DNA of 64,000 nt from Vicugna vicugna (taxonomy: Eukaryota): contig MU057999.1 of NCBI GenBank assembly GCA_013265495.1, forward strand, positions 496,001-560,000, given 5' to 3'. The notes under the pieces were generated by a model, which saw nothing but the letters and a program-made list of their open reading frames with translations, did no database searches and was not told the origin of the DNA. The position numbers and the translations under genes were made by a program. Of the stretch, positions 1 to 13,154 are shown one piece after another. Numbering within the stretch: the first letter of the stretch is position 1; the number at the start of each line of letters is the position of its first letter.

Positions 1-3000
1 AGGAACAGTGAGGGAGGTGGGGGCAGAGAGTAGAGGCTGCAGAGGGGGCGTGGGGAGGAGGTCTCCACTGCCCCTTCCCCTCCTCCTACTTTCATATTTC
101 CTTCCTCGCTCCAGGCCCAAGTAAGTCTGGAGCTAGGCAGCTCGGTTGGCAACTGTCCAAGGTCTTCTGCCCACACTTCCTGGCTACAATCCTCCTTCAG
201 GGTGATGACAAGGCCCTGGAAGTCCCTTCCTATTTACTGAGGAAGTGTGGGCTTGTCTCCTGGAAACAAAGTCCACAGGCTTTCTGTGATGAAAAGCACC
301 CCAGATCAGAGCTCCTGCCCTGCCACTGACCCCAGAGTGACCCTGGCCAGTTGCCTCTCCCCTAGGCACCTCAGTTTCCCCACCTGTAAAATTAGGGAAC
401 CACACTGCATAGTTTCCCTGGTCTTCTGGCCCTGACAGTTTGAACACATGTGGGAAGCCTTGTGTTTCTTTTGGGAAGATTCCAGAACCAGGCTCCAGAA
501 CTTCTCAGAGATGTGTGGCATCTGGTGGGTGTCCTCTGACCTCCCCTCTGGAACATCCCCAACTCTGAGAAACAGGTCGGAAATGGAGATCTTTGGCAGC
601 TGAGAAGATGTCAGATGGATTGTTAGATATGTAGCAAAGTATGCAGTAGAATTGGACCATAGCTTAGCCTTTTCTTTCTTTCCTTTAAAACTGGGAAAAA
701 TGAATACTTTGAAAGGGTCATGTCGGGGACAGATTAAACGTCTATTTTGAAAGAGACCATGCAGGCCTCTCATGTGGTGCAGGAAGGGAAAGACATGTTC
801 TCTCTTGGCTGAGCCTGTGCCATGGAGATTCCCAGGGATTAGGTGGGGTGATGGGGGACAGCCATATGAAAGATGCCACAAGAGGACCCTGTCCTTGGAG
901 GATGTCTGGAAGCTGGGAGAAGCCCAAGTAACAAGGGACTCTGCAGAAGGAGCCTGGGGGCTCTCTGAGGAGATGCACGGAGCAGCAGTGGAGGAGGGAT
1001 TTCTGTTCATGCAGTAAGGGGCCAGTGGAAGAGGCAGGTCCCTAGGCTGGACCCTGCAGCTCAGCCCAGCCACCAGCAGAGAGATGCCCTCACACGGACT
1101 TGGGTAGAAGGGGCAGTAGTGCTGGGCCGAGGAGAGTGAGGAGGCCGTCTGGAAGCATGTCTCCAGAGCCCACGGGGAGCAGACGTTCAGGGAACCCAGA
1201 TTCCTTGACTGGGAGGGCGAGGGCTGAGGTAGAACAAGAAGTGGTCCTTCCTTTCCAAATAGAGCTGCTGAGACCTGGGGCGCGAGGGATGCTCCTCCCA
1301 GCACTTATCCCGCAGTACACAGACCCACCACGCAGAGCTGGGCAGAGAGCTGATTACAAGAGCAGAACGTATAGGACCCGGTGCCTTCGGGTGCGTTTAC
1401 GGAGCTGCTGCTGGGATTATCATCATTGCTAATGACCCAGCACGGGGATGTTTTCGTGAGCTGTGGCCCAGTTTACGTGGATCCTCGTGTTGACTTCTGC
1501 TTGGTAACTAGGGTACCACCGTCCAGGCCTGACCCTCACATCTGTAGGGCCCAGGCCAAGAGCACCAATGGAGGCTTACGTACTTAAACATTACAGATTC
1601 TGCTGACAACCAAATTTAAGAGCAATATGAGTGACTTAATACTGCAAACTGTCCCTTAGCCACCGTATACACACAGCTGCTGTGAATGCAGCACTAATTC
1701 GTGGAGGACATCCAGAAACACACATTGGAACACAAATTGAGGCAAGGAACAGATGCTCAGCACTGCTGGGAAATTATATTCTGTTATGATGCAAGCATCT
1801 ACTGCATTCATACTCTGTGAGAGGAAGGGTGGGGTGGGCTAATTTGGGCTAATTTGCTCGATCTGAGCACTCTTCACCATCTAAGCACACTGCTCCCCTC
1901 TGATGTCACACCTTCACACAACAGCCAGTCACTTTGTTTTGAGGATTCAGGACAAAAGGCCCAGGAACAGGTTTTCCTGGGCTCTCAACAGCGCTCATCA
2001 CGAGGGTGGACGTCCAGGTTTTGTGTTTGAAATCCATGCGGTGCTCAGAAGCACGGGGCAGCTCTTGATGGATCAGTATGGTTTTATTTCATTCTATTTA
2101 GTCTTTGGACCTTAGCTACAGAGATTTTAGTTCAGTGTTCTCCTCATTTCACAATACAATATTATCTTTGGTGTGTCCTAGGGCCTCTTAACATTGGATG
2201 TGACATTCAGGATGAGTTTTTCAGAGAACTATTAAATGAGACTAAATGTACTGCTAAGATGATGGTTTTTGTCTATTTTGAGGAATATGGCTTAAAATTC
2301 ATTTAACGTAGATTGGGCTTAATTCTTGAATTTTTTTTATCAAAACGATTCTCAGGTATTTTCTTTGATATCAGTTACTAAGCTACTGAGGATCAGAAGG
2401 ATGGGCACTGTTGGGTGTTGATGAGTGTTTGTAGAGACAGGTGTCTAGATTTGCCCTGAGAATATAGGGGACCAAGGAGGAGGTGCTAAGCTTGCTCCTG
2501 CATGTGACAGATGCGTCCTGCCTCCCCATCACTGGCTTGTCCACGTGGCCATTCCTGGTGGCCAGCTACTTCCCGTCTCCCTGGCCACTGGCTGGCCTTC
2601 CCAGCCCTGTTCCACCCCGAGCTGTCATTCAGCCACCGTAGCTGGCACCGCTTGAGCCTTGGAAATATTTCTGGTGTCTCCGCAAACCCCAGAGCCCTGC
2701 CTGTGTCCTCATGCCCACCTACCCCATGTCATCCTTGCTGTCTTCCCTGGAGGCCAAAGGCTCTGCTCCTGGAAACCCTGCCTTGGCTGCCCACCATGGC
2801 CGCGGAGACCGGAGCCGTGGGTGGGAGAGCCGAGACCAGCGTGGGGCAGCCCCGGGTGGATGCCACACAGATCTCCCTTCAAGAGGGAAACTTCTGAGCT
2901 GATAGGCTCCTCTGCAGCGCCTTCAGGATCTGTCGCTGTGTTTGAGCCACCGAGGCCACTCTCTCCTGCACAGCAACAGAGAGACCAGATACAGCTGGGG

Positions 3001-4879
3001 CACTAGGCCCCGACAAGCTCGGTCCAGTGCAGGACCCCTCCCACGGGCAATCCCCGTTCCAGAGCTCCTGACTGGGCTGGCCAAGGTCTTCTTGGGGCTA
3101 CACTGCTCTGAGCCGCTTCCTACTTAGTTCTCTGTCCTTTCCCCGAGGGCCAGAATGGCACTGGAGTCTGAAGGCTCTCCCTGCCTCCTGCTCCTCCCGC
3201 CCCCTTCACCGCCATCTCCTCCAGTAAATCTCTCGCCCCTCTCACTCCATCCTGGTGTCTGCTTCCTGGAGGACCTGAAGTCTGTGTGAAAAATACCATG
3301 GGTGGCTTTCCAGGTGTAAGCAGAGAGGGGAAAGACAGTTTGAGGGTTGGGTTGGGGAACAGTGGCCTGCCCAGAGCCACTTGCCCTGAGAGCACGTTTG
3401 GAACAGGAAGAAAAATGAGGAAAGCCGTGGGCCCCTGGCTTCTGTGCCTCCCTGGAGCTCCATTTTCCTGGGATCCAGGGCTGCTGCTCACTCTCTGCCT
3501 CTGGTTATCTTTTGCCCCCCACCCCCAAATCCTTGCAGAGTTTTTTTTTTTTTAACATGTAGAGTGCTACAGGGAAGAAACTGGCTGCAAGACCCTCTTT
3601 TTTTAAAAAAAATATTTTATTATTATTATTTTTAAAGACATTCTTTTCATTTGGCCCACTTGCCTATATATAAAGTCATATCTGTTATTAATTACTTGTG
3701 AAAATATCTATTAAATATCTGTCTTCACCTCTAGAGTGCAAGCCCTATGCACAAAGGGGCCCTGTCTGTCCTGTTCAGAGCTGATTCCTCATACCCCCAA
3801 GTGGTGTTCTGACAGCAGTGACTCAGTAATGTTGCCTGATGAATCAATGAGTGAGTGAATGCAGAGTGGGCCATATTCTTGTACATTCAGCAGCTCTAAG
3901 AGCAAATCAAGAAACAAAAGGCTTCCCAACAGTTTAGTTGCCTAGCCAAAAAATTCTCCTCCTACAGCCACCTTTCCAGTAAGCATGGTCCCCATGGTGT
4001 GTCTAGTTACCCTCTCACACCATCACTGAGCAGTCCTTCCCTCCTGAGTATCTGCCCCCATCCTGTATTCAAGATGTCTTTCCAAAAAAATTCCCTGTAG
4101 AAAGCTTGTTCCCCCACCCCCTGTTCCCAGACTTCCTTGAGAGGCTAAAGCCAGCTCTGTTGGCCAACATGTATAGAGTGCCAGGAGATTACTCCTAACT
4201 CAGGAAAGCCTGTGAGATGACATTCCAAGGAGGACTCCTCCCATCTTCTTTCATTTAAGTAATTACAGGTCTCTTCCTTCCGAGGTCCTGAAAGAATTTG
4301 CCCATGGGGCAAAATCCTTGGAAGGGGATCCAACGATGGCTTTGTTGATGTGCGTTCATCCTTGAAAAGCCATCCTCTGTCAATTATCTCAGGCCCTGGG
4401 CACACTAGCAAGCAATTCTTTGTCTATATCGAGAGGAAAGTTGTTCTTCCTCCACATACTCAAGAGTTGAATTGAGCTCAATATGCGGGGCTTTCACAGA
4501 GTGGAGGGCAGAGGGCTCTTGTCTATGACTATCTTCACCAAGGACCAGAGGGGCACTGATGGGCTGAAAAGGCAGTAAGCTTCCCATGGGCTGGGTGTTG
4601 CTGAGCCGTGGCTCCTTTCAAACACAAGGTTAGCTTGCTCTGGTGGAGTATGTTCGATGTGCTCACGGAGGGAGCTGGGCTCTGGATAAAGCCTTGTGTT
4701 CCCTTCCTCCTTGGTCACCTCAGGGCACTAAGCCAGTTAAAGGGCAAGTTGCCATACTAGGGACAAAAGAATCTCTTCCTATCTGAGTCTTGGTCAGTCA
4801 CTTGCTCTGTTTTCTAGAAAACCTTATATTACATGGGAGGAAATTTCTCCAAGATCAAAGTGGGAGAGAGAAGTTTCAT

Positions 4880-5400
4880 TCAATCACGTATTCATTCAAC
4901 AAACATTCATGACATGTGTACCATGTGCCAGGAATTGTTCTGAGAGCTGAGGATGTGGCAGTCAACAAAGCAGATGGGGTCCCTGCTCTCACAGATCTTC
5001 TGTTTTCATGGAGAGGAAAGACAAAAACAAGCAGAAAATAAATGAGCAAGACAATTTCTAATAGTAATGAGTTCTAGGAAAACAATAAAATGGATAATGT
5101 GATGAAAAAAATGGGTGCTTTCTGGCCAGGGACATTTATTGAGGACAGAGTTGCTAATTTGAGTTGGCGGGCAGGAAAGAACTCGGCAAGGAGGGGCATT
5201 TGAGCCAATAACTGAATAACGCCCCCAAAAGCCAGTCATACAATGACCTAGAAGAGAAGCAGGGCTTTCTGGGTAAATGGAAGAGCAAGGGCCAAGACTC
5301 TAACATGGGAATGAGTGCGGTATATTTGAGGACTCAAAAGAAAGTCCAAGTGACTGAAGTGTCGTGAACTTGGGAGAGAGGAAGAGGTCAGAGATGTAGA
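4880..5400 (-). mobile_element. LINE-2 fragment
   Basis: attcattcaacaaacatt...ccatgtgccagg...ccctgctctcac, a typical L2 3' region. Confidence 0.7.
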
Positions 5401-6862
5401 TTATGTGGTGAAAACAGCCAACCTACTATATTAAGGAAGATGTGAACCCTTCCATGACCATCTCCATCTCCAGGCACCTAACACTAGGTGCCATGGTGCA
5501 GGCAGCTGACTATGAGCCCTTCCACAGTTACACATATATGCAGGTGCATGGAGAATCCTTCATTCCCACCAAGCTTCTGGCTGGTCTCTTCCATATTTTA
5601 CTCTCATTTTGGCCAAGTCAACAGAAGTGGCATTGCAAACTCAGCATTCCAAACCAACAACAGAATTCCCATTTCAACAATTCATGTTCTATGAGAGGAA
5701 AGTGGTTAGCACTCTATGCCTTCCAGCGATGCCTCTGACTTCCACGTTAACTCTCTTACTGTGCAGCATCGGGCTACAGACCAAATCTGATTCAAAGAAT
5801 TAATGCCAAGGTTTCTCACTGATCAAGCCAGGACCCTGCAGAATTTTTCAGCACCTCCATTCATTTTCCCCTAGTGATTGTATCTTCTTCTACTTTCTGT
5901 TGACTGCTAGAGTCAGCAGAGCCCTTTGAGATTCATGATTCCCACTCAGTGAAGGATCTCAGTGCCAACATCATTGTCAAGAGGCCAACCATCCTTGACT
6001 GCATTGTTTCTCTGATAAGGAGCTCACCTCCATCTGAAGGAGCTGATCCCTTTGTTAGACAGCCTTGGTTATTAGAAAACTCAACTACTTGCTGAATGGA
6101 CATATATCTTCCAGTAACATCCATTGACATGGCATTTGAAGAGTCACCATGTAGTCTTGGAGCCTCCTCTTCTCAGGATTACATTGCCACTTTCTCAGCT
6201 GCTCTCCCTGGTGGAATTTCCAGATCCTTCCGAGCACTCAGCTATGCTTGTATCAGTTAGGACCCTGTGGGTAACAGATGACTGAAAATCCGAATCAAAT
6301 AGATTTAAGTGCCAAAGAGAAATTATTGGCTCAAGTAACTGGAAAGTCCTGGAAGTGGTCCAGGACTGTCATGGTCCAGGGGCTGGTTTCTCCCTGTCTA
6401 GCTGACAGGCTTAGCCTTCCTTTGTGTTTGGTTCATTCTAGCACCCCATAGGATGGCCCTCGGAGCTCCAGGCTCCAGAGTTGACAAGTGATGCTCTGAC
6501 TGGCTGGTCCTGATCACATTCCTGCAGGTAGAGAAGGGGTAGGAAACCATGACACTAAGAACAGATATACCGAGTATGGAGGAGTGATGGTCCCCCAGAA
6601 GAGAATTGGGGTACAGCTACCTGGAGAAAAAAGTGAATAGATGCTTTGGGGCAAAACAACAGCATTCCAACTAAACCACAGGTTTAAAAGTAACCAAAAT
6701 ATCCCACTGCATCTGCTTGGGGTACCGCTGAGGTCACATCTCTCTTTGTAGTATTCCAATGAAAGATCTCAAACTTCCAATCTCAACTCATCTTTTTCTC
6801 TCTTCCTGGGGTCTACCCCGCCAGGATAAACCAAGAAGTGTCCAACTTATTAACGTGTGTTT

Positions 6863-6950
6863 TATTTTAAAAAATTTGGGGGGAGGAGGTAATTGAGGTT
6901 TTAAATTAATTAATTAATTCTTTTTAATGGAGTTACTGGGGATTGAACCC
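6863..6950 (-). mobile_element. 5'-truncated SINE of the same family
   Basis: B box and tail only. Candidate TSD taac(g/t)tgtgttt on both sides. Confidence 0.7.
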
Positions 6951-8226
6951 ATAACTTGTGTTTACTTGTTTCATCCTGCCTCATGGTGGAGAAGAACTCA
7001 GACCTGTCCTGGGAGCCAGAAATCAGGCATCACAGCTGATGCTGCTGATGTCCCTGGAGATCTCTGTGGCTGTTGGGGCATTCGCAGCAGAAGGTTATCA
7101 CACCACTGGTCACAGCTGAAGATCAGTGGTCAGCTGGGACTGAGTCTCCTATTCAGGCACATGTTGGCCGAGGCAGAGGATCAGCAGGTTGGGATGGAGG
7201 CTGACTTCCTGCACTCCTATGCTTTGGGGTTCTCAACAAAGTGCAGCCAGAGCTCCAAGCATGCCCACAGGCAGTTCTTTAATGGTTGAGGGTTTTCAAA
7301 GACAGGAGAAGAATGACTACTCCTGAACTTTGTTTAATGATTCACTCATCAATGTCCCAAATTTATCAAATGATTAACATTCCATTAACTTTAAATGCTC
7401 CATATTTTTCTACATATTCACACAATTATAAATCAAAACTCACTGACTTACAAATTAAATTTCCCCAGTCATTTTCCCACTGACAGAAAATTATTTAATC
7501 TTCTAAACATTTATTATATTCTAAATTCTAAAATTACAAATCCATTATATCAGACTTTCTTAAATGCTTCAAATACTTTAATAAAAACACTCAGTATTGG
7601 TTATTATAAAACGGATGATTAGACTTCTATTAAAACCATTTACAAAAGTACTAGTACCTGGACTTAAAATTGTTATATTTGTTCTTAGCCTCATTCTTAC
7701 TTTCATTCTACTATCTCATTGAAGTTCTCTTCCTAGGGTTTACAGTGATTTTAAAGGTTTTATTTTCTTAAATAAAAACTATCTATGTTTTTAGCTTTCT
7801 CATTTTAGCCTCATAACAAAGGATGCTTCTAGCAAATTCATCTTCAACTTGGTGAACTCTGATTTCTTTCATAATGTTAATATAGGTTACATCTGGGGAG
7901 TAGCAGTGGGAGGGAAAAAGAGGAGAAATTTTCCATTTTACTGTATATACTTGTGTATTGTTGGAATTTTTCATTAAGCATTTACTAACTTTGTAATAAT
8001 AAATATAATTCTAAGTGTTCTGAATAAAAATTAACTACCTATGGCAAACGCTGTTACAGTTTTTGTGATTCCTTCTAGTCCTTTTTTCCCTCCGAGGCAT
8101 CTATTCCATTTTGCAAAATTAGAATCATAATGTACATTAAAGTTTTTCATTCTACTTTTAGTTTTAACTTAACATCATGTCACAAGACTTTCTCACCTTA
8201 CATATTCTTGGGAAACAAAGGGCTTG

Positions 8227-8428
8227 GGTATTTTTTTGTTTTGGGGTTTTTTTTTGTTTTTTGTTTTTTAAAATTTTAATGCTTATTTTACTTTTTTTAT
8301 TTTAATTGTTTGGGGCAGAGCTAATTAGGTTTATTCATTGATTTCTATTTAGAGGAGGTAAAGGGGATTGAACCCAGGACCTTGTGCATGCTAAGCATGT
8401 GGTCTACCACTTGAGCTATACCCTCCCC
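8227..8428 (-). mobile_element. tRNA-Ala-derived SINE (Vic-1-like)
   Basis: Head GGGGAGGGTATAGCTCAAGTGGTAGA with B box GGTTCAATCC and an A-rich tail. Perfect TSD ACAAAGGGCTTG at 8215-8226 and 8429-8440. Confidence 0.9.
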
Positions 8429-9880
8429 ACAAAGGGCTTGTAACAGCTGCATGATACTCTATCACGGGGACACACCATAATTCACTGACTCATCCTCCTG
8501 TTGTTGGCCAAAAATTGCTTCAAATCTGGGAAGTACGGGAAAGATCGTCCCATCTGAGTTTCTTATTTTCCAGATGAGAAAACTGCATTCCCTGAAGCTA
8601 GTAATTTGTCCAAGCAGGGCCAGCTGGTCAGAGGCTCTCCTGGGACCTGCACTCCCAGGCCTGGGTCTCTGGTATTGCTGTCACCACATGCTCCCTCCTG
8701 GCCCTCGGCAAGGCACTTTTTGGATCCCAACTGTAGGGCATTGCCTACATTCTTCCTAAATTACATTTTGTCCTTTGGGGCCCATTCTTCCTGTCTGTCA
8801 AGATCATTTTTTATCTTCTGTCATATAACCATTAGCTAATGAGGGACACTGTAGCCAACATCGGAAATTATGGCTTTTTCCTCTATCAAGATGTGCTTCT
8901 CAGATCATCTCTGCGCCAACGAAGGGGAAATACTGTCGTAACTTCTATCAGATAATTCCAATAGTCACCAGCAATTACAGGGAAGGGTGCTCATTAGCAT
9001 ACCTCTGTCTGTGTTCCCCAGAGATTCCCCTGGGTTCTGACCTTCTGTGATCAGCATTCCAGCGGATGCCTGGCCTCTGCCCAAGGGTCAGTGTTCACAA
9101 GAGGGAAGAAGAGTAATTACTGGGTGGGGACAAAAAGGGGAGGAGGGAACTAACATCTGTGAGCAACTCCATGCCCAGCTCTGGGTATCAGGGTATAGAT
9201 GGCAGGAGCTTTACAGGAGGGGGACCCTGGAGGATGGGATTGGTATGGTTTGGGAGAAAGTAGATGGATTAGGGTTATCTCCCTTTTACTAAAATGTCTC
9301 TTCCTGAGGCTGTATTGTTGAATTCTACACAGAGGGATTCAGCGTGATAGAGAAGATCGCTCTAGGAGGCCTGGGGTTTATTCTGCTTTTTCCTCCACAT
9401 TTTATAAAACACATTTCATCCAGACTTGACAAATGAGTCTTTGGCATCAGTGTCTGTCATCGCTAGAACCACTTTTTGTGCCATCTAATAGTTTTTGCCA
9501 GAATTCCATGTTCACTCCCACCTAAGTTATTTGAGACACAGCCCCTTTAAAAATCTGTCTTTGGAAATGCTGTGGCTTGGGTTTATTCTGCATTAACATT
9601 TTTTGGTATGTATGGCTTTTCAGAAAATGCTTAATTCATATGAATGCGATTGGCAGGCACCACAGAATGTGATGGCTTCTATTTATGGTTAATGTTAATC
9701 CATTGACCATGTGGTAGTTTAAATTTCTGGTACAAATTTCTTTTGCATGATGTTATAGCTCATTCCTGGACTGCTATAATGATGTAATTTATCAATGTGA
9801 AAAATGGACTTTGAAATGTAATAGTCCAGAGCTAATGTGGAGAGCAGCAAGGGAATTTAACGTGCTTAGAGAAGAGAGAT

Positions 9881-9894
9881 GTTTCCATGGCAAC
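9881..9894. promoter_or_regulatory. RFX X-box motif
   Basis: GTTTCCATGGCAAC matches the GTTNCCATGGNAAC consensus exactly. Confidence 0.45.
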
Positions 9895-10114
9895 TAATTC
9901 CTTTGAGCAAGGTTCCTGGGTCCCCTGGCTGCAGTGTGACTTGTGTGTCCAGGTGATAGGACCTGGATTCTAGGCTCAGCTTTGACGTGAATCACCAAGT
10001 TCAACGGGCAAGTCCCTTAACCTCTTTGGGATTTAATATACTTATCTCTGACTTGAAGAAGTCAGACTAGTTCAGTGTTTACTAGACTTTGGAGTATTGG
10101 TGACTAGTAATATA

Positions 10115-10505
10115 TATTTTTTTAATTATTATTTTGGAATAATCTTAGATTCATAGAGAAGTTGCAGGCATACTACAGAGAGTTCCTATATACCTTTCAC
10201 CCAGTGTCCCCTAATGTTAACATGTTACTAACCACAGTGCATTTGTCAAAACTAGGAAGAAGTTAGCATAGGTTCAATATTATGGACTAAGCTATAGATT
10301 TTATTTGGATTTTCCTAGTTTTTTTTTTCCCCCTACTAATATCTTTTTTCTGTTCCAGGATCCAACCCAGGATCTCACTTTGCGTTTAGTTTCCATGTCT
10401 CAGTTCTCCTTCAATCTCAGACCATTTCTCAGTCTTTTTTTGTTTGTTTGTTTATCATGATCTTGTCTGTTTTAATGGGTACTGACCAGCTATATTATAG
10501 GATAT
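10115..10505 (-). mobile_element. Old L1M 3' fragment
   Basis: tattttggaataatcttagattcatagagaagttgca...ctaatgttaacat...ctgttccaggatcca. Confidence 0.7.
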
Positions 10506-11995
10506 TCCAACCAGTAACATTTTTAGAAAGCAAAACAAAATTGGAGGACCAGTCTAGGGTTGGAGAAGTTAGACAAGTAAGGTGTATGAGTGAGGTCTCT
10601 GTGTTGCAAGTGACAGAAAACCAACCCTGAAATGTTCTGTCAAACAAGGAATTTATTAGCTCATGTAGCTAAGAAGGTCAAGGGCATATGTGACTTCAGA
10701 ATGACATTCACATCCTGTTCCTCCCTGTCTCCTGGCTTGGTTCTTCTCTCATCTGAACAGTCAGATCATTCTCAGATATGCACTTACCACATAGTTACAA
10801 TAAGGCTGCCAGTAGATCACATGGTTATATCCATCCAGTGTGTGGGATACTCACCTCTGTTCCACCTTCCCAGCTAAGCTCTCACTGGCTCTGATTCTGC
10901 CATCTGCCCATCCTTGAACCAGAGGGGAAAGATAAACTGTTTTATGCTTCTGATGTGAGGATGTGTTGCCCAAAGTCATGGCCACCATCTTGTGACCATG
11001 AGCAGAGCAAGCTGACAGCTGAGGAGGACACAAGAACCTTAAAAATGGACAGGAATCTGGGTTCTGAATGATGTCATTTAGCTGTGGAATTAACCAACCC
11101 TCGATCTGAACTCTGAAATAATAAATCCCCTTGCTTTAGCTTCCATTAATTGAGCTTCAGATGACTACAACCAAAAGCATCCTAAATGATACACAGATAT
11201 TGCAGGTTTCCTTGTTGGATATAGAATATTACCCTGGTGCAGATTTGTTTGTTGGGCTTATAACTGACAGCACAATACAAACTGGAGTTCAGTATATTTC
11301 AGTTCATAGTTTTCATCAGAGTTATCATTTTAAAAATCCAGCTTCACAAAGGCATTTTTACAAAAACCGAAGTGATGCTCTTCGATTTCACACAACATAG
11401 AACATCTAAGTAATAGTGCTAATGTTTCTGGTTGCTTCTTCCCATAAAGGCCAGGGAGAGAACAGGAAAGGGTCTGCAGGGTATTCCTCACTCAGAGCAC
11501 ATTGGGTACTTAGACGTCTGCTCATTCAATGAGTACGATCTGGAGTTGGTCAGAGGGAGACTTCCTGCCTGGAGAACACTTTCTCATGACAGCTATTTGA
11601 GCATCCTGAGCTGAGATGATCTCGTCTATGGCCCTTTTGACTCAGTCAGGCTGGTACATCGTGATGGAATGGTGTGGAGGCCACCATGCCAACAGCAGGG
11701 GGGCCCTTTCAGTGTAATTATCACCAAGATTGTGAAAAGCTGAGTGATAAAGATTTTTCTTTTTATAAAAGAAAAGGTTTTTTTATAACAGGATAAAAAG
11801 TGATTTTTTTTAATCCTATGTAAAACCCCTTTTTAAAAATCACTGAGATTTAATAGCAACAGTGTAGTTATCACTGAGAAAACAAACACCAGCCCATGGT
11901 TTACCATTAAAGAGTAATCTTTTCAAGGGCTAAAGGAATGACACTTTGGAAATGCACTGGCTTCACCCATCTTTATGTCTGATACATTCACTTCT

Positions 11996-13154
11996 TTTTT
12001 TTTTTTTTTACTGAAGTATAGTCAGTTGCAATCTGTAAATTTCTGGTGTACAGCACAATGTCCCAGTCATGCATGTATATATACATATATTCATTTTCAT
12101 ATTCCTTTTCATTAAAAGTTATTACAAGATATTGAACATACTTCCTTGTGCTATACAGAAGAAACTTGGTTTTTTAAAATCTATTTTTATATATAGTGGT
12201 TAAAAATCTCAAAAAATTTATCCCTTCCTACTCCCTTTCCCCAGTAACCATAAGATTGTTTACTATGTCTGCGAGTCTATTTCTGTTTTGTAGATGAGTT
12301 CATTAGTGTCCTCTTTTATTTTTTTTCTTTTCTAAGATTCCACATATGAGTAATATTACAGTGTTTTTCCTTCTCTTTCTGGCTTACTTCACTTAGAATG
12401 ACAATCTCTAGGTCCATGTTGCTGCAAATCGAATTATTTTATTCTTTTTTTATCACTGAGTAATATTTCATTGTATTAATAGATCACAACTTCTTTACCC
12501 AGTCATCTGTCGATGGACATTTAGGTTGCTTCCATGTCTTGGCTATTGCATATAGTGCTGCTATGAACATTGGGGTGCATGTGTCTTTTTGAATTAGAGT
12601 TCCTTTCAGATATATATCCAGGAGTGGGATTGCTGGATCCTACGGTAACTCTATTTTTAGTTTTTTGAGGAATCTCCATACTGTTTTCCATAATGGCTGC
12701 ATCAAACTACATTTCTACCAGCAGTGTAGAAGGGTTCCCTTTTCTCCACACCCTCTCCAGCATTTATCATTTGAGATTTTGTAGTAATAGCCATTCTGAC
12801 TGGTGTGAGGTGATAACTTACTGTAGTTTTAATTTGTCTTTTTCTGATAATCAGGGATATTGAGTATTTTTTCATGTGTCTATTGGCCATTTGTATGTCT
12901 TCATTGGAGAATTGCTTGTTTAGATCTTCTGCCCATTTTTGGATTGGGTTGTTTGTTTTTTTTGTTATTAAGTTGTATGAGCTGTTTATATATTCTGGAA
13001 ATTAAACCTTTGTCAGTTGCATCATTTGCAAATATTTTCTTCCATTCGGTAGGCTGTGGTTTTGTTTGGCTTATGGTTTCCTTTGCTGGGCAGAAGCTTG
13101 TAAGTTTAATTAGGTCCCATTGGCTTATGTTTACTTTTATTTCTATTGCCTGGG
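11996..13154 (-). mobile_element. 5'-truncated LINE-1 (ORF2 C-terminus, 3' UTR, poly-A)
   Basis: Poly-T start. ORF 12702-12890 ([16 protein letters not shown]...[10 protein letters not shown]) is the L1 ORF2p C-terminal region. TSD TTCACTTCT at 11987-11995 and 13155-13163. Confidence 0.92.

Noticed and set aside
306..1304. 332-aa minus-strand ORF
   Set aside because: No recognisable domain, Ser/Pro/Leu-rich composition typical of non-coding GC-rich DNA, and a C-terminus (LILQVGKLR) read from a MIR core. A BLASTP or PhyloCSF check would settle it.
11740..11850. Imperfect AT-rich hairpin (possible pre-miRNA or MITE)
   Set aside because: Pairing comes mostly from A and T runs, with no clear terminal repeats or TSD.
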